Assembly (NCBI GenBank): GCA_965222975.1
Contig: CBDCVJ010000053.1
Coordinates: forward strand, 2,269 to 66,268
Direction of reading: 5' to 3'
Origin: Saprospiraceae bacterium
GTDB lineage: Bacteria > Bacteroidota > Bacteroidia > Chitinophagales > Saprospiraceae
Length of the DNA stretch: 64,000 nt
The notes under the pieces were generated by a model. It was not told the DNA's origin and made no database searches. It saw only the letters and a list, made by a program, of their open reading frames with translations. The translations under genes and the position numbers were made by a program. Positions 57,787 to 64,000 of this stretch are shown here, in pieces. Each line of letters begins with the position of its first letter. The first letter of the stretch is position 1.

Positions 57787-59007
57787 ATGAGGTGCTTCAA
57801 TTTGTTCCTCTTTATTGTTTTATTTTCCAAAAGCCCATTGGCCCAATCAATTTGGGGCAATGACCGGGATTTCAAAAGGATCGATATCCCATTTGAGTAT
57901 AAGAACAACCTTATCCTTGTGGATATAATGTTTAATAGAATATTTCCCCTGAAATTCATTTTTGACACAGGCGCAGAGAATACCATATTAGCCAAAAAAG
58001 AAATTACCGAATTGCTTAAAATCCCTTACGAGCGGGAATTCAAGATATTAGGCTCGGATATGAAAACCGAGCTGACTGCCTACCTGATACGCAACATCCA
58101 TCTAAGCTCTGGCAATTTGGTAATGCCAAGTCATTCAATGTTGGTTTTGGACGATGATTATTTCCGTTTTGAAGAAGTGGCCGGGCTGTCGGTACACGGT
58201 ATCCTTGGGGCCGATGTTTTTAGGAGTTTGGTCGTAAAGATTAACTATGAAAGAAAAGTTATCACCCTAACAAAAAGGCAGTATTTCAACCCGCCCGACG
58301 ATTATGATAATATCCCAATTGAAATTGACAGAAGCAAACCCTACTTGAATACAGACCTACAAATTGTAAGGGATAGTACAATCAGGGTGAAGTTATTGTT
58401 GGACTCTGGGGCTATGGTTGCCCTGATTATCAATACGAATACTCATCCCAAACTCCACCTGCCACCAAACGTACTTTCCGGTAAATTGGGCGCCGGGCTT
58501 GGCGGCTATTTAGAGGGATATATCGGTAGGATTAGTTTATTGGATATCGGAAAACGAAAAATAGGCGAGGTAATCACTCATTATCAGGATATTTCGGAAG
58601 CGATTGACACCTCTATGCTTAATGGCCGCAATGGTATTATTGGCAGTCAGATTTTAGACCGTTTCCACGTCATTATTGATTACCCTAAGGAAATGCTTTA
58701 TCTGAAACCCAACCGGAAATTCGAAAAAGAATTTGAATTCGATAAAAGTGGCCTTGTCATCATTGCTGCGAGTGCCAGGTTGAATAAATTTCTTGTCCAT
58801 GAAGTGATACCGGGTTCTCCCGCAGCAGAGGCTGGGGTTTTGCCCAATGATAGAGTAACCAGGATCAACGGCATGCCGCCTGGCATGCTGTCATTACCAA
58901 ATATAAATAAGATGCTTAGGAAAAAAGTGGGGAAAAGGATCAGGCTCCGAATCAAAAGGGATGGGAAAAAGATGAAATTTACTTTCAGGTTGAGGAAGTT
59001 GATTTAG
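57787..59007 (+). CDS. Retropepsin-like aspartyl protease with C-terminal PDZ domain
   Basis: Two D-T/S-G motifs (FIFDTGAENTIL, LLLDSGAMVALI). PDZ region VHEVIPGSPAAEAGVLPNDRVTRINGMP. Confidence 0.75.
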   Translation: MRCFNLFLFIVLFSKSPLAQSIWGNDRDFKRIDIPFEYKNNLILVDIMFNRIFPLKFIFDTGAENTILAKKEITELLKIPYEREFKILGSDMKTELTAYLIRNIHLSSGNLVMPSHSMLVLDDDYFRFEEVAGLSVHGILGADVFRSLVVKINYERKVITLTKRQYFNPPDDYDNIPIEIDRSKPYLNTDLQIVRDSTIRVKLLLDSGAMVALIINTNTHPKLHLPPNVLSGKLGAGLGGYLEGYIGRISLLDIGKRKIGEVITHYQDISEAIDTSMLNGRNGIIGSQILDRFHVIIDYPKEMLYLKPNRKFEKEFEFDKSGLVIIAASARLNKFLVHEVIPGSPAAEAGVLPNDRVTRINGMPPGMLSLPNINKMLRKKVGKRIRLRIKRDGKKMKFTFRLRKLI

Positions 59008-59065
59008 GAGGATGCAAGAGATCCAGTGGCAAAAACATCTGCCTCATTTCTTGACTCAAAAAAGT

Positions 59066-60442
59066 TTACCAACCATACTGCAACGATAATTGGAAATAGC
59101 GGTTGAAATCTTGGTCGGAATTATTTTTCAATACATCAATTAAACCATGGTGGTAGGAAAATTTTACACTGGCATTTTTAGTAAACATATAGCCCCCTCC
59201 TATGATGCCTGATAAATCAATATTGGAGTAGGGTTCGGTTTTCGAATTTTGTTCCAATTGGCTGCCAAGTGTAAGGTCAGCTTGTTCATTTTTTGATAGG
59301 TTTAAATCTTTAAATAAGCCGCCATTAATATTTCCGTTGGTAGCATGTAATAAGATATCTGTTTGCAATCCACCACTAATGAAAAACCTTCCGATTTTAC
59401 GGTTTATTGTTATAGGTACATTTAAATAATGCAGTTTTAATTTTTCAAGGTTATTAGTGTTTGGGGGCGGTAGCATAGGTGAATTAACTATATTGTTATC
59501 TTCTTCTCTAACGGTGTTTTCATTCCCAAAGCCATAGTCAATTAAAACATTGGTTGGGTCTGAAGTCGCTGGGTTGATATCCTGCTCAACGACATAGCTG
59601 AGTGGCTGACTTAAATAGGAATAACCAAGACCTGTTTCCACCCACCATTTTTTATTCTTTAATTCAATTGTTTTTGAAACGCCTGCTCCTATGCCCCTTG
59701 TACCTTTCCCAATCCTGAATATGGAAGTGGCATAAACCAATAGTCGGGAGGATTTGCCAAATTTATTAGTTGGGGTTATTGTCAGTTCAGGTGAATTATG
59801 GTTTTCGAGTCCTTTTATAGGTATTTGTGCCAAATGATTTATTTCATGTTTGTCCGAAGGTTGTACTGACTCAGTGGAATTGATTTCGGTAAAATTATTT
59901 TCTTCTAAAATCTGTTTTTGCTTCGTCGTGCTTTTTTTTATCTCTGCAATATCAATTTCTTTTTGTGCAATATTTTTTTCAATAAATTTAGAAGGTTGAT
60001 TTTCTGTGGAATTTTTTATGTTGTTTTCATTTGTGAATTTATTTAATTTTTGAAGAACCGTTTTTTCGTTTTTAGTTATATTTTTATCTTCTTTAATTTC
60101 AATTGTTTTATCTTTTTGATTATAATCGGTTATAGCCTCTGAACTATTATTTGCCATTAAATCATTTTCGTTTATTATTTCCTTGTTTTTTTGGTTGTTT
60201 TCAGAAATAATTGTTGGTGTATTTTGAATATTTTCTGGTTTATTTTTAAGTGTATTAAAATTAAAGAAAACAAAAAAAGCAATGGTTGATGCAGCTAGCA
60301 CCGCAGCACCCGAATACCACCAAAAAAACGGATGCCTATTATTCTCTTTATCCACAGGGAGTTCCTGGTCAAGGAGGCGTTTCATTTCCATCCATGCCTG
60401 GTTGGTGAATTTTTTATCTATATGTAAATTTTTATCCTGCAT
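59066..60442 (-). CDS. Putative anti-sigma factor: short cytoplasmic N-domain, one TM, N/K/E-rich linker, C-terminal beta-barrel-like domain
   Basis: Overlaps the upstream ECF sigma gene by 11 nt. TM helix FFWWYSGAAVLAASTIAFFVFF. C-terminal alternating-strand region ends FQLSLQYGW. Confidence 0.5.
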   Translation of the reverse strand: MQDKNLHIDKKFTNQAWMEMKRLLDQELPVDKENNRHPFFWWYSGAAVLAASTIAFFVFFNFNTLKNKPENIQNTPTIISENNQKNKEIINENDLMANNSSEAITDYNQKDKTIEIKEDKNITKNEKTVLQKLNKFTNENNIKNSTENQPSKFIEKNIAQKEIDIAEIKKSTTKQKQILEENNFTEINSTESVQPSDKHEINHLAQIPIKGLENHNSPELTITPTNKFGKSSRLLVYATSIFRIGKGTRGIGAGVSKTIELKNKKWWVETGLGYSYLSQPLSYVVEQDINPATSDPTNVLIDYGFGNENTVREEDNNIVNSPMLPPPNTNNLEKLKLHYLNVPITINRKIGRFFISGGLQTDILLHATNGNINGGLFKDLNLSKNEQADLTLGSQLEQNSKTEPYSNIDLSGIIGGGYMFTKNASVKFSYHHGLIDVLKNNSDQDFNRYFQLSLQYGW

Positions 60443-60989
60443 AATTCCTCAATTCATGTTTGTAAATTAATTCTTTTAATTTTTTCCGAGCTGCTGAAAG
60501 GTGCCATTTGGAAGTGCCGTCGCTGATGCCCAATTGCTCACCGATTTCTTTGTGGGAAAAACCCTCGATGGCATAGAGCCTGAAAACCGCTTGGGTTGCA
60601 CTAGGCAAATGATCGATCAATTTAACAAGGTCTTCGAAATACAAATTGTTGATGGGGGTTGTGCGTACCGTTTCGTCCCTTTCTTCAAATACCAGATAAT
60701 GAACGGATTTGGATTGCCCTCTGAAATGGTCGGCTAAACTATGCCACACCAACCGCCTGATCCATCCTTCCAAAGACCCTTTGAAGGTGTATAAATGTAT
60801 TTTTTTGAATACACGTAAAAACCCATTGTTCACAATGGACATGGCCTCGTCCCGGTCATTGGTACGCCGCATGCACATATCCATCATGGTCGGGAAAAAA
60901 CGACGGTACATCCTTTCCTGCCAAAGACGGTCATTGGCGAGGCAGCCAGTCACCAATTCTTCATCTGTATATTTTTTTTTAAATAGCAA
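60432..60989 (-). CDS. ECF-type RNA polymerase sigma-70 factor
   Basis: Region 2 (DRDEAMSIVNNGFLRVFKKI) and region 4 HTH (FSHKEIGEQLGISDGTSKWHLSAARKKLKEL). Confidence 0.85.
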   Translation of the reverse strand: MLFKKKYTDEELVTGCLANDRLWQERMYRRFFPTMMDMCMRRTNDRDEAMSIVNNGFLRVFKKIHLYTFKGSLEGWIRRLVWHSLADHFRGQSKSVHYLVFEERDETVRTTPINNLYFEDLVKLIDHLPSATQAVFRLYAIEGFSHKEIGEQLGISDGTSKWHLSAARKKLKELIYKHELRNYAG

Positions 60990-61055
60990 TTAGGTGTAGA
61001 ACGGTTATATTGTTACATGGCTTCATGGTTCCATCGTTTCATGGAGCCATGGAAA

Positions 61056-61847
61056 TCATTTTTTTGCCCATAAGGCTATGCCGACCCTGACAACGAACCT
61101 TTGGAAGACGAGGCTCCTCACTTCAATATCCCCGTTGAACAGGTCTCTTGAAAATACGGCTTTTTGAAATTTGGCCCCCATATCAATATTCACATCCACG
61201 CCTTCCTTTGTCGTGGTGCGGTATCCCAGCGCCCCGTGGAACATATAGCCACCTTCTGCGTCATTGATGCCAATGCTTTCCCTGGCGAAGGCGAAACCGT
61301 AGCCTCCATTTAGTGCAATGTAATACGCATTGGGTTTTTTAGTAAAAGGGAGGTAACTTCTTATGTCAACAAATACAGGGTAAATGGTTTCTCCTCTCCG
61401 TGCGTAGTTATCGAGGCCAACGCCAACCCCTATTCCGAACATTGGCTTTATTTGGTATCCGAGAATGGTGGAGATGCCTGCCCCAAGTGCAAGCCCATCA
61501 TCATTGCCACTTCCCATAGCAAAGGACAGTTGAGTAATACTGTACAACCCCTTTGATTTGGGTTTCACATAAATTTTTGGTTTCGGCTCAAAAACCTCTT
61601 TGACAGGCTTTTCTTCCTCGTCCACCACTTCTTGGATGATCCTGTCAATTTCTTCATCTACAATAGTTATTTTCGATCCATCTGCCAACATTAAGATGGC
61701 CTTTTCATTTTGTTGGTATTTGATAAGTTGCCCACTGAGGCGGTCTCCATTTTTCAAAATAATCACATCCGAAGTCTGTGTTGTGTTCTGGGCAAAAATG
61801 CTGCATGCGAGGCAGATAAGAATCAAAGAGATAAATGCTGGTTTCAT
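61056..61847 (-). CDS. Outer-membrane beta-barrel protein
   Basis: Signal peptide. The C-terminal half is rich in Gly/aromatic alternating strands (GAGISTILGYQI, ALNGGYGFAF, GALGYRT). Confidence 0.55.
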   Translation of the reverse strand: MKPAFISLILICLACSIFAQNTTQTSDVIILKNGDRLSGQLIKYQQNEKAILMLADGSKITIVDEEIDRIIQEVVDEEEKPVKEVFEPKPKIYVKPKSKGLYSITQLSFAMGSGNDDGLALGAGISTILGYQIKPMFGIGVGVGLDNYARRGETIYPVFVDIRSYLPFTKKPNAYYIALNGGYGFAFARESIGINDAEGGYMFHGALGYRTTTKEGVDVNIDMGAKFQKAVFSRDLFNGDIEVRSLVFQRFVVRVGIALWAKK

Positions 61848-62125
61848 ACTTGAATTGTTTGTTAGGTGTTATTCGGTTTATGGTCAGTAGCTTGCCCCGA
61901 TATACCTTGGGAAAAGACTATCATAAAACTCTGAATAAAATCTATTAGTTTGTGAGAGAATAAAATTAAGAATCCCATCGGTTCCCAGACAAAAAAGATG
62001 AAGAATTTTCAATTTATTTTCTAATCCCTTTTGCTATTGAAGACAGTATAAAGATATGGAAAGGTTGGGTTGATAGGAAATGTGATCCAGCAGTATAGAT
62101 TGGATTGCCTTTGGCTTGGGTAATG

Positions 62126-62683
62126 TTAATTATGTGCTGCTGTGTCGGGTAGGGTAGCAATCACGGAATAGGCGTCGCCTTTGTTTGACATGATCTGTTC
62201 CCAGAGTGCGTTCGGTTTGGATTTGAATAGATAATTGGGATGCATATCTGCAATGACCCATGATTTTGCCTCCATTTCTTCGTTGAGTTGATCTTCTGAC
62301 CAACCCGAATAACCAACAAAGAAACGGATATTTTGAGGTGTAATTAGTTCAGAAGAAATAAGGAATTTTAATTTTTCAAAACTTCCTCCCCACCATACAC
62401 CATTTGAAACCGAACGACTATCTTCGAGGAGGTCGCCAACGTTGTGAACATAATGAATGGTATCTGTTTGTACAGGGCCACCAAAATAGACGGGTGCATT
62501 GAATTCAGGGAACTCAGCGATCAATTCATCTACCCGCATGTCCAGTTTTTTATTGAGGATAAAACCGATGCTACCTTCTTCTCCATGTTCGCAGAGCAAT
62601 ACGGCAGAGCGCTTGAAATTAGAATCAAGCATAAAAGGCTCTGACAATAAAACGTCTCCAGTTCTTAAAGTTTTCCTTGTCAT
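62126..62683 (-). CDS. YqgE/AlgH-family protein (UPF0301)
   Basis: 185 aa. GDVLLSEPFMLDSNFKRSAVLLCEHGEEGSIGFILNK and GGPV motifs. Confidence 0.8.
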   Translation of the reverse strand: MTRKTLRTGDVLLSEPFMLDSNFKRSAVLLCEHGEEGSIGFILNKKLDMRVDELIAEFPEFNAPVYFGGPVQTDTIHYVHNVGDLLEDSRSVSNGVWWGGSFEKLKFLISSELITPQNIRFFVGYSGWSEDQLNEEMEAKSWVIADMHPNYLFKSKPNALWEQIMSNKGDAYSVIATLPDTAAHN

Positions 62684-62860
62684 GGTCTCAGTTTGCTGCC
62701 AAATATGAGGTTTGTATTTTTATTTTGCAAATTTCATTTCCCATTTAATGTCAGCATAGTGAATTCTTTTATTACAAGCTTGAAAAGAGTCTTTGTGTAG
62801 ACTTGGGACACGTAAGTGATTATGGCAAATAATGATCCAGTCCTGATAAACGTCCATGGG

Positions 62861-63742
62861 TTATAAAGCCGAATTTGGAAACCTTCTGTCCATTCGCATC
62901 ACAAAGCCCCGCAATACTTTTCCGGTTCCCCCTACTTCAATGAATTCAGAAACCCCGTCAGCGATCATGTTCTTCATCGTTTGTGTCCAACGAACGGGTG
63001 CAGTGAGCTGCTCGACGAGGTTGGCTCGGATCTTTTCAGGGTCGGATTCAGCCGTTGCATTTACGTTTTGATAAATTGGGCAAACGGGTTTTCCTATTTC
63101 TGTGTTGGAAATAGCAGCTTCCAATTCCTCCTTAGCTGGTTGCATTAATGGTGAATGGAATGCTCCGCCAACCTGCAAAACGATGACCTTTCTGGCACCA
63201 GCTTCCTTTAATTTTTCCACAGCAACTTCGATGCCCGGTACAGAACCGGAAATTACCAATTGGCCAGGACAATTGAAATTGGCTGGGACAACGACTTCCT
63301 CTTCTATTGAAGCACAGATTTGTTCCACTATTTCATCTTCCAAACCAAGTACGGCAGCCATTGTGCTTTCCACTGCTTCGCAGGCCTTTTGCATGGCCAA
63401 TGCCCGTTGCTGTACCAACTTCAGCCCATCTTCAAAAGCCATTGCACCTGCTGCTACAAGTGCAGAAAACTCGCCAAGAGAATGTCCGGCAACGGCTTCC
63501 GGCAGAAAACTATCACCTGCCATTTTGGCTTTAACAATGGAATGTAGGAAAACAGCGGGTTGGGTGATCTTGGTTTGTTTGAGGTCCTCTGCATTACCTT
63601 CGAACATTATATCGGAGAGGCGGTAGCCCAATATTTCATTTGCTTGCTCAAAAAGGTTTTTAGCTAGGTCGCTACTCTCAAAAAGGTCTTTGCCCATCCC
63701 CTCAAATTGCGAACCTTGGCCGGGGAAAATATATGCTTTCAT
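62861..63742 (-). CDS. fabD: Malonyl-CoA:ACP transacylase
   Basis: IFPGQGSQFEGMG, active-site GHSLGEFSAL, and GAFHSPLM. Confidence 0.9.
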   Translation of the reverse strand: MKAYIFPGQGSQFEGMGKDLFESSDLAKNLFEQANEILGYRLSDIMFEGNAEDLKQTKITQPAVFLHSIVKAKMAGDSFLPEAVAGHSLGEFSALVAAGAMAFEDGLKLVQQRALAMQKACEAVESTMAAVLGLEDEIVEQICASIEEEVVVPANFNCPGQLVISGSVPGIEVAVEKLKEAGARKVIVLQVGGAFHSPLMQPAKEELEAAISNTEIGKPVCPIYQNVNATAESDPEKIRANLVEQLTAPVRWTQTMKNMIADGVSEFIEVGGTGKVLRGFVMRMDRRFPNSAL

Positions 63743-63751
63743 AAATAGTGA

Positions 63752-63831
63752 TTGTTGGTTGTTAATTGTTGGTTGTCAGGGGTAAAAGTAGGAATACGTT
63801 CAAAAAACAATCAACAATTAACAACCAACAA
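63752..63831. repeat. Inverted repeat of TTGTTGG/CAACAA words: 20-bp perfect core, about 25 bp with one wobble, about 30-nt loop
   Basis: TTGTTGGTTGTTAATTGTTG (63752-63771) is the exact reverse complement of 63812-63831. Lies between the folE stop and the fabD start. Confidence 0.85.
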
Positions 63832-63837
63832 CAGCAA

Positions 63838-64000
63838 TTAATGCAATTTAGTCCCAATCAGATTCATGAATTCGGCCCTTGTTTCCTGGTTTTCAAATTG
63901 CCCTCTGAAGGCAGAAGTAGTAGTGACAGAATTTTGTTTTTGTACTCCTCGCATCATCATGCACATGTGCATTGCTTCTATGACTACCGCAACTCCTTGA
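63838..64000 (-). CDS. folE: GTP cyclohydrolase I, C-terminal part (gene runs off the window)
   Basis: The minus-strand frame reads [53 protein letters not shown] then a stop, matching the conserved FolE C-terminus. Confidence 0.85.
   Translation of the reverse strand, partial: QGVAVVIEAMHMCMMMRGVQKQNSVTTTSAFRGQFENQETRAEFMNLIGTKLH

Noticed and set aside
5771-64000. CRISPR arrays, transposases, integrases, prophage or conjugation genes in the bacterial part
   Set aside because: I looked for regularly spaced repeats and for typical enzyme motifs in all ORFs and found none. The only tandem repeat is the coding 57-bp duplication at 47361-47474.

Overview
The window is a composite of two unrelated sequences. 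Positions 1 to about 5.77 kb are an AT-rich archaeal fragment. It carries the Sm-like protein plus ribosomal protein L37e gene pair, RpiA, a cyclic amidohydrolase, a Met/His-rich exported protein and a PAS histidine kinase. The gene style resembles ammonia-oxidising Thaumarchaeota. This fragment abuts a Bacteroidota-type chromosomal region head-to-head, with no mobile-element signature at the boundary. The Bacteroidota assignment rests on T9SS C-terminal sorting domains, PorP/SprF barrels, a SusC-like TonB receptor and TAnnTTTG promoter boxes. That region is mostly housekeeping genes (korAB, cystathionine beta-synthase, yidC, rsmB-like, lhgO, ugd, fabD, folE) and envelope or secreted proteins. 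I found no CRISPR array, transposase, integrase or phage genes. Sequence quality looks draft-level: at least seven genes on both sides of the junction are split by single-base indels, all but one at homopolymer runs, so apparent pseudogenes may be artefacts. The most unusual locus is at 43.86-44.44 kb (minus strand). It reads tRNA-Ser(UGA), a small GIY-YIG nuclease gene, then a second, otherwise base-perfect tRNA-Ser copy with two 22-nt insertions. One insertion splits the anticodon and the other splits the T loop, the two are reverse complements of each other, and each tRNA unit has its own terminator. Other items worth a second look: an orphan EAD-like/TIR effector beside a helical-repeat protein with no NTPase motif (23.5-26.0 kb); an exported beta-propeller protein ending in a YhcG-like PD-(D/E)XK nuclease domain (41.5-43.7 kb); and several long perfect palindromes (26-36 bp stems) in intergenic or intercistronic positions. 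All calls come from reading the ORF translations and the DNA by eye. No searches or folding programs were run, and several start codons were moved by eye to the first plausible signal peptide or N-terminal motif.
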